Positions 9,169-18,908 of a stretch of 64,000 nucleotides of DNA are shown here, in pieces (the stretch's first letter is position 1; the number at the start of each line of letters is the position of its first letter). The notes under the pieces are model-generated. The model worked only from the letters and a program-made list of their open reading frames with translations. It did no database searches and had not been told where the DNA came from. The translations under genes and the position numbers were made by a program. The stretch covers positions 2,371,608 to 2,435,607 of the forward strand of contig BPKI01000001.1 in assembly GCA_026005055.1 (NCBI GenBank). The letters are read 5' to 3'. The DNA is from Lysobacterales bacterium. GTDB taxonomy: Bacteria; Pseudomonadota; Gammaproteobacteria; Xanthomonadales; BPKI01.

Positions 9169-10335
9169 TCAGCCGCGCCGGTCGAGCGGGACGAAGGGCC
9201 TCGGCGCCGGGCCGACGTAGTTGGCGCTCGGCCGGATGATCTTGCCGTCCTGCCGCTGCTCGATGACGTGCGCGCACCAGCCGCTGGTGCGCGCGATCAC
9301 GAACAGGGGGGTGAACATGGGGGTGGGCACACCCATCATGTGGTAGCTGGAGGCGCTGTACCAGTCGAGATTGGGGAACATGCGCTTCTCCTCCCACATC
9401 AGCTTCTCGATGCGCTCGGAAATGGCGAAGAGGCGCGGGTTGCCGCCCTCTTCGCAAAGCGCCCGCGAGATCTCCTTGATGATCGGGTTGCGCGGATCGC
9501 CGGTGGTATACACCGGATGCCCGAAGCCGATGATGATCTCCCGGCGCGCGAGGCGCTCGCGGATGTCGGCCTCGGCCTCCTCCGGGCTGCGGTAGCGGGC
9601 GATGATCTCCATCGCCACCTCGTTGGCGCCGCCGTGCTTGGGGCCGCGCAGCGCGCCAATGGCACCGGTGACGCAGGAATAGATGTCCGAGCCGGTGCCG
9701 GCGATCACCCGGGCGGTGAAGGTGGAGGCGTTGAACTCGTGCTCGGCGTAGAGGATGAGCGAGCGATCCAGCGCCCGCACCCAGCTGTCGCGCGGACGGC
9801 GGCCGTGGAGCAGGTGCAGGAAATGCCCGGCCACGGAGTCGTCCTCGGTCTCGACCTCGATGCGGTGGCCGCTCCTCGTGAAATGCCACCAATAGAGCAA
9901 CATCGAGCCGAAGCTCGCGATCAGGCGATCGGCGATGTCGCGCGCTCCATTCGGCTCGTGGCGCGGATCCTCGGGCAGGACGGTGCCGAGCAGGGAGCAG
10001 CCGGTGCGAAGCACGTCCATGGGATGGGCCGAGGCGGGCAAGAGTTCGAGGCCCTCCTGGACCAGGGCCGGCAGACCGCGCAAGTTCTTGAGCTTTTGCC
10101 GGTAGGCGCGAAGCTCGGCGCTGGTGGGAAGCTCGCCGTAGAGCAAGAGGTAGGCGACTTCCTCGAAACTCGCATGGTTGGCGAGATCGGCGATGTCGTA
10201 GCCGCGGTAATGAAGGTCGTTGCCGCTGCGGCCGACCGTGCACAGCGCGGTGTTGCCAGCCGCGGTGCCGGAGAGGGCGACGGATTTCTTGACGCGGGGC
10301 GCGGGGGTCTCGGCAGGGGTTTCGCTGGTCGTCAT
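9169..10335 (-). CDS. prpC: 2-methylcitrate synthase (citrate synthase family)
   Basis: Citrate-synthase family sequence ([12 protein letters not shown].., [35 protein letters not shown]) immediately downstream of prpB. The start is uncertain: ATG 10335 versus an upstream start at 10383 that overlaps prpB. Confidence 0.85.
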   Translation of the reverse strand: MTTSETPAETPAPRVKKSVALSGTAAGNTALCTVGRSGNDLHYRGYDIADLANHASFEEVAYLLLYGELPTSAELRAYRQKLKNLRGLPALVQEGLELLPASAHPMDVLRTGCSLLGTVLPEDPRHEPNGARDIADRLIASFGSMLLYWWHFTRSGHRIEVETEDDSVAGHFLHLLHGRRPRDSWVRALDRSLILYAEHEFNASTFTARVIAGTGSDIYSCVTGAIGALRGPKHGGANEVAMEIIARYRSPEEAEADIRERLARREIIIGFGHPVYTTGDPRNPIIKEISRALCEEGGNPRLFAISERIEKLMWEEKRMFPNLDWYSASSYHMMGVPTPMFTPLFVIARTSGWCAHVIEQRQDGKIIRPSANYVGPAPRPFVPLDRRG

Positions 10336-10351
10336 GGGCGGAAGATTCCGA

Positions 10352-11242
10352 TCAGGAGCGTCGAGAGCGGGCGAAGAGCTCATCGAGACGGCGCTCGTAG
10401 TCGTGGTAGCCGATCACCTCGTAAAGCTCCTCGCGGGTCTGCATCATCGGCAGCACGGTGCGCTGGTGGCCGTCGCGGCGGATGGCCTGATACACCGCCT
10501 CGGCGGCCTTGTTCATGGCGCGGAAGGCGGAAAGCGGGAAGAGCTGCATGGCCACGCCGGCTGCGGCCAACTCCTCGCGCGAAAAGAGGGGCGTCTTGCC
10601 GAACTCGGTGACGTTGGCCAAGACCGGCACCTTCACCGCTTCGCAGAAGCGGCGGTAGGTCTCGAGGTCGGTCGCCGCCTCGGCGAAGATGCCGTCCGCC
10701 CCGGCCTCGACGTAGGCGAGCGCCCGCTCGATCGCCGCCTCCACGCCCTCGCTCGCGATCGCATCGGTGCGCGCGATGAGGAAGAACGCGGAGTCGGTCT
10801 TGGCATCCGCCGCCGCCTTGACCCGATCCACCATCTCCTCGCGCGAGACCAGCTCCTTGCCCGGGCGGTGGCCGCAGCGTTTCGCCCCCACCTGATCCTC
10901 GATGTGGCAGGCGGCGGCCCCGTCGCGGATCAACGAGCGGATGGTGCGGGCGATGTTGAAGGCGCTCGGCCCGAAGCCGGTGTCGATGTCCACGAGGATC
11001 GGGAGATCGCACACGGCCGTAACCCGTCTGAGGTCGGTGAGCACGTCCTCGAGGGTGTTGATGCCAAGATCGGGCATCCCGAGCGAACCAGCCGCCACTC
11101 CCCCTCCCGAAAGATAAATCGCGCGGAAGCCCGCTCGCTTCGCGAGCAGGGCATGGTTGGCGCAGATCGTGCCGACGATCTGAAGCGGTTTCTCTTCGGC
11201 CAGGGCGGCGCGGAAGCGGGTACCAGGGGAGCTCGGATACAT
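10352..11242 (-). CDS. prpB: Methylisocitrate lyase
   Basis: [47 protein letters not shown].. and [12 protein letters not shown], typical of the PrpB/isocitrate-lyase superfamily. ATG 11242 is preferred to GTG 11260. Confidence 0.85.
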   Translation of the reverse strand: MYPSSPGTRFRAALAEEKPLQIVGTICANHALLAKRAGFRAIYLSGGGVAAGSLGMPDLGINTLEDVLTDLRRVTAVCDLPILVDIDTGFGPSAFNIARTIRSLIRDGAAACHIEDQVGAKRCGHRPGKELVSREEMVDRVKAAADAKTDSAFFLIARTDAIASEGVEAAIERALAYVEAGADGIFAEAATDLETYRRFCEAVKVPVLANVTEFGKTPLFSREELAAAGVAMQLFPLSAFRAMNKAAEAVYQAIRRDGHQRTVLPMMQTREELYEVIGYHDYERRLDELFARSRRS

Positions 11243-11514
11243 GAGCGATGTCGAGGGCACGGGAAAGCCGACATTGTAGCGGCCAAGCCCAAGGCGGGCG
11301 GCGCGCGCGCCCGCAGCGAGCCCTCGGCAGAAGGCCCGATGGCGAGCCCTGCCTCGGCGCGCAGGCAGCGCCCCCGCGAAGCCCCACGCCGCCTGCGGCG
11401 GCGAGAGGCGCGCCGGGAGATGCGCTCCGGGTCGATCGCGAAAGCCTTCGCGGGGCGAGGTAGCGGGGCGAGTGCCTCAGCCCAAAGCGCCCCGCACCCG
11501 CGGCGGAGAAGTTC

Positions 11515-12066
11515 TCACTGGGCCGCGGCGCCCAATCGGGCGGCGATCTGCTGCTCCAGATCCGGCGGCGCGACGCACAGCAATTTGACATCGAGCCGCA
11601 CACGGCTCAGGCCGCGGCGCGGAGCGTAAACCGTGCCGCCGGGGGTGGCATCCACCGTGAGCTTGAGCCAATCGCGGCTCTCGCCGCTGTCCACTCGGCG
11701 CAGGCTCTCCTCGCGCTCCGCCGCGAGCCGAAGGGCCGTGGGCCCCTCGCCGGCGGCGAACTTTCCGCTCACGCTGGCGAAAGCGCTTTCGATGCGCTCC
11801 CGATAACGACTGGCGTGATCGCCCGTGATCCGCGACACGTGGTGGGTCCCGTTGCTTTGGCTCAGCACCATGAGCCGATGATCCACGATCACCTCGCCCT
11901 CTCCCGGCCGGGCGATACAGGACTTCGGACAGGTGCTGCCATCGCGGCTGGCCACACAGCTCGCCTCGCAGCCTTCCGCCCAGCGCTCGGAACCCAGGGT
12001 GCAAGCCGTGCTCACCACCGGAAAGACGAGGCCGCACAACGCCTGAAATATCACCGTGTGTTTCAT
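11515..12066 (-). CDS. Hypothetical lipoprotein with a Cys-rich N-terminus
   Basis: MKHTVIFQALCGLVFPVVSTAC contains a lipobox-like VSTAC. No family was recognised. The start at 12066 was chosen for the signal peptide. Confidence 0.5.
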   Translation of the reverse strand: MKHTVIFQALCGLVFPVVSTACTLGSERWAEGCEASCVASRDGSTCPKSCIARPGEGEVIVDHRLMVLSQSNGTHHVSRITGDHASRYRERIESAFASVSGKFAAGEGPTALRLAAEREESLRRVDSGESRDWLKLTVDATPGGTVYAPRRGLSRVRLDVKLLCVAPPDLEQQIAARLGAAAQ

Positions 12067-12171
12067 CGGAAACCCCATAGACCGAATCCCAGGTCGAACG
12101 TGCTCACCCGGAACACGCCACAGCAATCTAGCGTTCGACGCAACTGTAAAACCGTGCAAGAGATCGCAATC

Positions 12172-12852
12172 TCACCTCGACCTCGCACGCGCCCTGAGCC
12201 AGCGCGCGACGCCCTCGGCGAGCGAGGCAGCGTTTGGTCCGAGAAGTGGGGAGAGGTGCCCGAGCTCCGGAAGCGACCAGGTCTCCGCGCCGATGTCCCG
12301 CGCGAAACGGTCCATGGCCGCAGGCGGGAGTTCCTCGTCAGCCTCGCTGATCAGCACGAGACGAGGCGCCTTGGGCGGAGGAAACACACGGCCGGACCAG
12401 GCGGCCGCAAGGACCGCACCGGACTCATCGCGCCAACGGGAGGCCGCGAAGGCCACGACCTCAGGCTCAGCATCCGGCATCGCGCGGCGCGTGCCCTCGA
12501 GGCTCGCCGTCCGGCTCCAGGGGATCACGGCCGGAAAGCGGCGCGGCGGCAGCAGCCGATGCCACGGCGCGGGCGGGACGGGGTTGATCAGCACCAAAGC
12601 GATGGGGTCGAGCCGAGCGGCGGCCTCGAGCGCGAGCAGCGCCCCCAGGCTTGCTCCGATCAGCACATGGTGGCCACGCGCGGCCCTCGACACCTGCGCG
12701 AGATAGTCCTCGTAGCGGGTGGCGGCGAGGCCCTCCGCCGCGGGTTCGAGCTCGATCGCCTCGGATTCGAGGCCGCCGGCGGCGAACGCAGGCTGCCAGC
12801 ATTGCCACTCCCAGGCCCCGCCGCCGGCGCCGTGGATCAGCAGCGCCTTCAC
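12172..12852 (-). CDS. Alpha/beta-fold hydrolase
   Basis: LLIHGAGGG near the N-terminus, nucleophile elbow GASLG, and C-terminal LGHLSPL. The GTG start overlaps the upstream gene's stop (GTGA at 12849-12852). Confidence 0.65.
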   Translation of the reverse strand: MKALLIHGAGGGAWEWQCWQPAFAAGGLESEAIELEPAAEGLAATRYEDYLAQVSRAARGHHVLIGASLGALLALEAAARLDPIALVLINPVPPAPWHRLLPPRRFPAVIPWSRTASLEGTRRAMPDAEPEVVAFAASRWRDESGAVLAAAWSGRVFPPPKAPRLVLISEADEELPPAAMDRFARDIGAETWSLPELGHLSPLLGPNAASLAEGVARWLRARARSR

Positions 12853-14468
12853 CCGGCAGGCGGATAGGCCACGGGCGCCCCGGGTCCGACCGGAAGGCCG
12901 AGCACGAAGACGAAGAGGTAAAAGAACAGCAGCCAGCCGATGAGGAAGACGATCGAGTAGGGGAGCATGGTGGCGATCAGGGTCCCGAGCCCGACGTCGC
13001 GCACGTAACGCGCGGCAAAGGCCAGGATCAGGCCGAAGTAGCTCATCATCGGGGTGATGATGTTGGTCACCGAATCGCCGATGCGATAGGCGGCTTGGGT
13101 GAGCTCGGGGCTATAGCCGAGCAGCATCAGCATCGGCACGAAGATCGGCGCAAGCACCGCCCATTTCGCCGAGGATGAGCCGATGAACAGGTTGAGGAAG
13201 GCGCAAAGAATGATGAAGGGCACGAAGAGAAGGGGCCCGGTCAGGCCGATCGCGGTGAGCGCCTTGGCGCCGGTCACGGCCAGGATCGGCCCGAGCTGGG
13301 TCCAACCGAAGAAGGCGACGAACTGGGCGGCGAAGAAGGTGAGCACGATGTAGAGCCCGAGCGTCTCCATGGTCTTGGCCATGGCATCGATCACCTCTTT
13401 CTCGCCCCTGAACACGCCCGTGCGGAAGCCATAGACCAGCCCCGGGATGCCGAAGAAGAGCACCACCAGCACCACGATGCCGTTGAAGAAGGGCCTCAGG
13501 CTCTCGATCAGGGAGGCGGCGCCCGGCTGCCTGAGCACGCCGTTTTCGGGCACCGTCATCCACAGCACCAGCGCGAGCACGGCCATCATCGCCAGGCCGG
13601 CATCGCGGAGCCCCTTGCGCTCCTCCGGCGCGAGCGGCTTGAGCTCGATGGCGGCACCGCCCGTCCCCTGCTCCGCGCGGTATTCCCCGAGCCGCGGCTC
13701 GACGATGCGCTCGGTCACCACGACCCCGAGAAAGGTGATGACGAAGGTGCTCGCCACCATGAAGTACCAGTTGACCGCGGCGTGGACCTCGTAAGTCGGG
13801 TCGATGAGGCGGGCCGCTTCCTGGGTGAGGCCGGCGAGCAAGGGGTCGATGGTCCCGAGCAGCAGATTGGCGCTGTAGCCGCCGGAGACGCCGGCGAAGG
13901 CCGCCGCCAGGCCAGCCAGCGGATGGCGGCCGAGGGCATGGAAGATGGCCGCGGCGAGCGGGATCAGCACCACGTAGCCCATCTCGGAAGCGGTGTTGGA
14001 AAGCACCCCGGCGAAGACCACGATTGCCGTCACCCAGCGGCGCGGCGATGCGAGCACCAGGGCGCGGGTGGCGGCGGCGAGCAGGCCCGAGCGCTCGGCG
14101 ATCCCCACTCCGAGCATCGCCACCAGCACCACGCCGAGCGGCACGAAACCGGTGAAGTTGGTGACCAGATTCGCGAAGATGCGGCGAATCCCTTCCCCAT
14201 CGAGCAGGCTCACCGCCCGGATCATGCCATCGGCGGCGCGCCCCGGCGCTCCTGGGGGTCTCGGGTCTTCCACGGCCAGCCCGAGGTTGCCGAACAGCCC
14301 GCTCAGCAGCACTACGAGCACGGCCAGCAGGGCAAAAAGCGTCACCGGGTTGGGCAGGAGGTTCCCCGCCCACTCCACGCCGTCGAGGAAACGCTGAAAA
14401 GCGCCTCGGCGAGTCGCCTTGCCCTCGGCTTCGCCCGCGCCTGTCCGATCGCCATCCGCCTTGCTCAT
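12849..14468 (-). CDS. AbgT-family transporter (p-aminobenzoyl-glutamate transporter family)
   Basis: 539 aa and polytopic. The N-terminus FQRFLDGVEWAGNLLPNPVTLFALLAVLV is typical of AbgT/MtrF. A GGGAGG Shine-Dalgarno and a TACAAT-like -10 lie upstream. Confidence 0.85.
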   Translation of the reverse strand: MSKADGDRTGAGEAEGKATRRGAFQRFLDGVEWAGNLLPNPVTLFALLAVLVVLLSGLFGNLGLAVEDPRPPGAPGRAADGMIRAVSLLDGEGIRRIFANLVTNFTGFVPLGVVLVAMLGVGIAERSGLLAAATRALVLASPRRWVTAIVVFAGVLSNTASEMGYVVLIPLAAAIFHALGRHPLAGLAAAFAGVSGGYSANLLLGTIDPLLAGLTQEAARLIDPTYEVHAAVNWYFMVASTFVITFLGVVVTERIVEPRLGEYRAEQGTGGAAIELKPLAPEERKGLRDAGLAMMAVLALVLWMTVPENGVLRQPGAASLIESLRPFFNGIVVLVVLFFGIPGLVYGFRTGVFRGEKEVIDAMAKTMETLGLYIVLTFFAAQFVAFFGWTQLGPILAVTGAKALTAIGLTGPLLFVPFIILCAFLNLFIGSSSAKWAVLAPIFVPMLMLLGYSPELTQAAYRIGDSVTNIITPMMSYFGLILAFAARYVRDVGLGTLIATMLPYSIVFLIGWLLFFYLFVFVLGLPVGPGAPVAYPPAG

Positions 14469-14956
14469 GGTGCCCGACCTCCCGCAAAAAAGCGGATTGT
14501 AGCGGCGCGCGATCGGGGCCTCTCGCCTCGACCGGCCGGTCGGTGAACGGACGCCACCGCTTCACGCTGCGCTCGGCCGGAAGCAGCGAGACCTTCGCGG
14601 CGAAGCCAGTCGGATCGGGGTCATCGGAGCTCGCTCGCCGCAGGGCGGGCAGGAAAAGCCCCGTGACACGGCGATTGGTACGAACGGCATCGGCCAGAGG
14701 GCGCGCGGCGGGCAGGAGTCTCCCACGCTCGGCTGAAGCGGCCCCCCTCCGCCCTTCTGAGTCGGTGTGAAGGCCATGGCCCCCAGGATCGAGGCACCTC
14801 GCAAGGGCGATGGTGGCCCAAGCCTCCCTGGGCAGGGGGAGCGAGCGCATCGGCCAGCGAAGCCGCGTCGGGCGCCGGAAGCGAACGAGGTGGAACCTCG
14901 AGCGAGGCTCAAGCCCGGGTGGGTTATGATTTGACCTTTCCTCGCGCCTGGACTCG

Positions 14957-15760
14957 ATGCGCATCCCGATCAAGAGCTTCGCTCTCATCCTGCTCGCCCT
15001 CCTCCTCGGCGCTTGCGCCGGCCGGGACAAGGATCGGGCCGACACCATGCCGGTCGAGGAAATCTATGACCTCGCCAAGCGCGCCCTCGACCGCGGCAAC
15101 TACGCTCGCGCCGAACAGGAATACAAGCGCCTGATCGCGCGCTTCCCCTTCGGTCCCTACAGCGAGCAGGCGCAGCTCGAGCTGGCCTATGCGCAGTACA
15201 AGATGGCCAAGTCCGACGAGGCGCTCTCGACCATCGAGCGCTTCATCCGCACTTACCCGCGGCACGAAAAGGTGGCCTACGCCTACTACCTCCGGGCGCT
15301 GATCAGTTTCGACCGCGAGTTCTCTTTCCTCGATCGCTGGCTCGGTCGCCCGGCTTGGACGCGCGATCTCGAGCATCTCAGGCGCGCCTTCAGCGATTTC
15401 GGGGAGCTCATCCAGCGCTTCCCCGACACCGAGTACGCCTTGGATGCACGGCAGAGGATGATCTATCTGCGGAATGTCCTCGCCCAGTCCGAAATCGAGG
15501 TCGCGAATTTCTACCTGCGCCGGGCCGCATGGGTCGCAGCCGCCAATCGCGCCCGCTACGTCATCGAGAACTACCCGCAGGCCCCGCAGAATGCCGACGC
15601 GCTCGCCATTCTCGCCTATTGCTATGAGCGTCTCGGCGAGAAGCAGCTCGCCGAGGACACGCGCCGGGTGCTCGAGGGCAATTTCCCGAATCATCCTTTC
15701 CTCTCCGGCGGCTGGCCGCGCGAAAAGAGCCTCTGGCAGCGCTTGATCCCCTTCGGCTGA
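14957..15760 (+). CDS. bamD: Outer membrane protein assembly factor BamD
   Basis: Lipoprotein signal LLALLLGAC. TPR-like sequence EEIYDLAKRALDRGNYARAEQEYKRLIARFPFGPYSEQAQLELAYAQYK is typical of BamD/YfiO. Confidence 0.9.
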   Translation: MRIPIKSFALILLALLLGACAGRDKDRADTMPVEEIYDLAKRALDRGNYARAEQEYKRLIARFPFGPYSEQAQLELAYAQYKMAKSDEALSTIERFIRTYPRHEKVAYAYYLRALISFDREFSFLDRWLGRPAWTRDLEHLRRAFSDFGELIQRFPDTEYALDARQRMIYLRNVLAQSEIEVANFYLRRAAWVAAANRARYVIENYPQAPQNADALAILAYCYERLGEKQLAEDTRRVLEGNFPNHPFLSGGWPREKSLWQRLIPFG

Positions 15761-15769
15761 GGCGCCGCT

Positions 15770-16390
15770 TCAGCCGCGCGCGAGACGACGATAAAGCCGG
15801 TCGAGCTCGGCCACCCTCAACGCGAGCGCCTCGCAGCCTCCGCCGTTGTCGATCACATCGTCGGCCAGGGCAAGCCGCTCGGCCCGGCGGGCCTGAGCGG
15901 CGATCATCGCCTCGGCGAGCGTGGCGTCGATCCGGTCCCGCGCGAGCAAGCGCTGCCGCTGCACCTCTTCGGGCACATCCACCACCAACACCCGATCGAT
16001 CCAGGGATACCGTCCGACCTCGGCCAGAAGCGGGATCACCACCAGCACGTAGGGCGGATTCGAGCGAGCGGCGGCGGCCAGCGCCTCGTGCAAGTGCCGT
16101 TCGATGCGGGGGTGGAGGATCGCCTCGAGCCGGCGCCGCGCCTCCGGGTCGGAAAACACCCGCTGCCTGAGCGCCGCTCGATCGAGTTCGCCTGCGGGCG
16201 TGAGCACGGCTCGACCAAAGGCTTCGGCCACCGCCGCCAGACCCTCGCTTCCCGGGACGACCACCGCGCGCGCCGCCTCGTCGGCATCGAGTACGGGTAC
16301 GCCGCGCTCGGCGAAGAGGCGCGCCACCGTGCTCTTGCCGGAAGCGATCCCGCCCGTGAGGGCGACCACCAGAGGTCGAGGCCCAGTCAC
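15770..16390 (-). CDS. coaE: Dephospho-CoA kinase
   Basis: [34 protein letters not shown].., 206 aa. This is the 3' part of the track's 620-aa ORF 15770-17632. The GTG start at 16390 overlaps the cysNC stop (GTGA). Confidence 0.85.
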   Translation of the reverse strand: MTGPRPLVVALTGGIASGKSTVARLFAERGVPVLDADEAARAVVVPGSEGLAAVAEAFGRAVLTPAGELDRAALRQRVFSDPEARRRLEAILHPRIERHLHEALAAAARSNPPYVLVVIPLLAEVGRYPWIDRVLVVDVPEEVQRQRLLARDRIDATLAEAMIAAQARRAERLALADDVIDNGGGCEALALRVAELDRLYRRLARG

Positions 16391-18264
16391 GACGCAAGAC
16401 CTTCGAGGAGATATTGCACGATGCGCTCGGCGAGCTCCTCTGGCGCTTCGAACGAGGCCGGCAGATGGATCTCGGGCGCCTCGGGCGGCTCGTAGGGGGC
16501 ATTGATTCCGGTGAAGTTCGGGATCAGCCCGGCGCGTGCCTTGGCGTAGAGCCCCTTCGGATCGCGCGCTTCCGCGAGCGCAAGCGGCACATCGACGAAG
16601 ACCTCGATGAACTCGCCCGGCGGGAAGAGGGAACGGGCCATCGCCCGATCGGCGCGATAAGGCGAGATCAGGGCGACCAGCACGATCAAGCCGGCATCGC
16701 ACATGAGCTTGGCGACCTCGGCCACGCGCCGGATGTTCTCCACCCGATCCTCGGGGGTGAAGCCGAGGTCGCGATTGAGGCCATGGCGGAGATTGTCGCC
16801 ATCGAGCAGCATCGTGTGATAGCCGAGCGCATGAAGCCTCTGCTCGAGCCGATCGGCGATCGTGGATTTGCCCGAAGCGGGAAGACCGGTGAACCACAGG
16901 CAACGGGGCTTTTGCCCTTTGAGCCGAGCGCGGGCCTCGCGGCCGACCGCCAGCGGCTGCCAGTGGATGTTGCTCGCCCGCCGCAAGGCATGCGCGATCA
17001 CGCCTGCACCGACCGTATCGCCGCGCATCCGATCGATCAGGATGAAAGCACCGAAATGCCGCTCCTCGGCGAAAGGCGCGAAAGGCAACGGGCGCTCGCA
17101 AGCGAGATGCACGTGCGCGAGCTCGTTGAGCTCGAGCCGGCGCGCGGCAAGCGATTTGCCGGTTTCGACATCCACCCGATAGCGGATTTCGGTGATCTGC
17201 GCCTCCACCTCCGCACTCGCCAAGCGCAGGCGATAGCGCCGCCCCGGGATCAGAGGCTCCTCGCCCACCCACAGCAGCTCGGCCGCGAACTGATCGGCCA
17301 CCGCCAGCGGATCGCGCGCCGCGGCGATGACATCCCCGCGACCGAGGTCGCGTTCGTCGCCAAGCCGCACCAGCACCGCCTCGCCGGGGAAGGCGCGTTG
17401 TCTCGGCTCGAATCCGCAGCGAATCTCGGCGATCGCACTGCGCTGGCCCGAGGGCAGCAGGACCACGGGATCGCCGACGGCGAGCACGCCGCCAGAGAGC
17501 GTGCCGGCGTAGCCGCGAAAATCCCCCTCCGCGCGCAGGACCAGGCTCACCGGCAGGCGCGCCCCCCGCGGCGGCGGAGGCTCGGGTTTGAACTGGAGGA
17601 GGAAGGAGAGCAGGCTCGGCCCCTCGTACCAAGGCATCTTGCCGCTTGCGCTCGCAACGTTCTCGCCTGCGCGGGCGGCGAGCGGGATCGCCACCAGCCG
17701 AAGCTTCAGCGCCTCGGCCAGCGCCGCGATCGGCGCCACGAGCTCGCGGAAGCGCGCTTCGTCATAGTCCACGCGGTCCATCTTGTTGACCGCCAGCACC
17801 ACCTCCCGCACCCCGAAGAGCGCGGCGATGCGCAGGTGGCGAAGGGTCTGCCGCGTCGCCCCCCGGCTGGCATCGAGCAGAAGCACGGCGAGCTCAGAGC
17901 GCGAAAGACCGCTCGCCATGTTGCGGGTGTACTGCTCATGGCCCGGGCAGTCGGCGATGATGAACATCCGCTCGCCCAAGCGGAGGTAACGCCAGGCGAC
18001 GTCGATGGTGATGCCCTGCTCGCGCTCGGCCTCGAGTCCGTCACAAAGCCAAGCCCACTCGACCTCGCCTTCCGGCATCCCGCGCCGCCGGCATTCGGCG
18101 AGAAGCGACTGCCACTGATCCTCCGGTACCGCCCCGGCCTCCCACAGCAGGCGCCCGAGCAGCGTGCTCTTGCCATCATCCACCGAGCCGACCAGCGCGA
18201 GGCGAAGCGATCGCCGAACGGCTATGGATCTCGCGGCCGGGCTGTGCACGGGCAGCGCGCTCAC
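16387..18264 (-). CDS. cysNC: Bifunctional sulfate adenylyltransferase subunit 1 / adenylylsulfate (APS) kinase
   Basis: GTPase domain [15 protein letters not shown] and DCPGHEQY. C-terminal APS kinase [37 protein letters not shown] start at 18264. Confidence 0.9.
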   Translation of the reverse strand: MSALPVHSPAARSIAVRRSLRLALVGSVDDGKSTLLGRLLWEAGAVPEDQWQSLLAECRRRGMPEGEVEWAWLCDGLEAEREQGITIDVAWRYLRLGERMFIIADCPGHEQYTRNMASGLSRSELAVLLLDASRGATRQTLRHLRIAALFGVREVVLAVNKMDRVDYDEARFRELVAPIAALAEALKLRLVAIPLAARAGENVASASGKMPWYEGPSLLSFLLQFKPEPPPPRGARLPVSLVLRAEGDFRGYAGTLSGGVLAVGDPVVLLPSGQRSAIAEIRCGFEPRQRAFPGEAVLVRLGDERDLGRGDVIAAARDPLAVADQFAAELLWVGEEPLIPGRRYRLRLASAEVEAQITEIRYRVDVETGKSLAARRLELNELAHVHLACERPLPFAPFAEERHFGAFILIDRMRGDTVGAGVIAHALRRASNIHWQPLAVGREARARLKGQKPRCLWFTGLPASGKSTIADRLEQRLHALGYHTMLLDGDNLRHGLNRDLGFTPEDRVENIRRVAEVAKLMCDAGLIVLVALISPYRADRAMARSLFPPGEFIEVFVDVPLALAEARDPKGLYAKARAGLIPNFTGINAPYEPPEAPEIHLPASFEAPEELAERIVQYLLEGLAS

Positions 18265-18908
18265 GGTCTACGGCCCCCTGGCGGATGACCCCTACAACCC
18301 TTTCGGTTGGCACAGCGCTTTCGCAGCTCGTCGAAGAAGCGCTTCGCCCAGGGGGAGGCGGCCGCGACCTTGGCCGGGTTGAGCTTTTGAAGGAGCGAAA
18401 ACCCATCTCCGGTCTTGTCATAGCCCCGTTGCCCTGCCGCGCCATCGAGGGCCTCGAGGACGTTCGCTTTGGGAATCTGTTCGATTGCCGTCGCGCTTCC
18501 CGGCGGTTGTTGTCCACAGCGAAAGTGGCGTTGGACGACGCCCCAGTCCGCCACGAACCAGTTTTCCATGCATTCGACCATCAGGTGACAATCCGGATTG
18601 CTGCGATGAGGCGGAACCTTCATCCCAAGCGAGCTCAGAAAGCCCCAAGGATCGAAAGCACCCGCTGCGCTGCCGCAATACTGCGGAGGAACGGACTGTT
18701 CCGAATCGACCAAGACCAAGGCTTCATCCCCGTCCTTCTTGGCTCGGCCATAGTCATCAATCGTGTTTTGACGATTTCCGCTGGCCACGACGCGGGGCAT
18801 ACAGCCTGCCAATCCCGCGTTTCGCAGCAGCTCGGACATCGCGCGTCGCAGTTGCATGTTTTGGCGACGACCGTGGCCGCCGCCTTCCACGAATAGCTTG
18901 GTTACCAT
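18261..18908 (-). CDS. DUF4276-like protein with Toprim-like signatures
   Basis: [13 protein letters not shown].. supplies a strand followed by Glu. ALVLVDSE is DxD-like. [13 protein letters not shown] follows. ATG 18908 lies 1 nt after the ATPase TAA, so it is preferred to the track start at 18968. Its TGA overlaps the cysNC GTG. The family name is from memory and has not been searched. Confidence 0.6.
   Translation of the reverse strand: MVTKLFVEGGGHGRRQNMQLRRAMSELLRNAGLAGCMPRVVASGNRQNTIDDYGRAKKDGDEALVLVDSEQSVPPQYCGSAAGAFDPWGFLSSLGMKVPPHRSNPDCHLMVECMENWFVADWGVVQRHFRCGQQPPGSATAIEQIPKANVLEALDGAAGQRGYDKTGDGFSLLQKLNPAKVAAASPWAKRFFDELRKRCANRKGCRGHPPGGRRP

Noticed and set aside
7423-10611. A 1062-aa ORF on the + strand, the longest in this part of the track
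   Set aside because: It runs antisense to four well-supported minus-strand genes: the cohesin-like and dockerin-like genes, prpC and prpB. Its translation is Arg/Ala/Gly/Asp-rich low complexity with no recognisable motif. Stop codons are depleted in GC-rich DNA, so such ORFs arise by chance.
12849-12852. Recurrent 4-nt stop/start overlaps (GTGA or ATGA). They occur at 12849, 16387, 18261, 27007, 27573, 29709, 40488, 52472 and 57950.
   Set aside because: These are a normal feature of compact operons in high-GC bacteria. They were useful for choosing start codons but are not unusual in themselves. The only exception is where they chain the inserted ATPase/DUF4276 pair to cysNC, which is reported separately.
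15755-15785. An imperfect hairpin (ggctga..tcagcc) between the convergent bamD and coaE stops, considered as a terminator
   Set aside because: The stem is only 6 bp with a 9-nt loop and has no U-run. It is too weak to annotate.
15770-17632. Track ORFs with long N-terminal extensions: 620 aa for coaE, 586 aa for the AI-2E permease (25955-27715), 682 aa for cysI (57950-59998), 1119 aa for the DGC (53984-57343), 827 aa for amgK (22049-24532) and 430 aa for murU (23971-25263)
   Set aside because: The extensions overlap upstream genes that are independently well supported, and they consist of low-complexity Arg/Pro/Ala sequence. Internal ATG or GTG starts give family-typical lengths, Shine-Dalgarno sequences or 4-nt stop/start overlaps.
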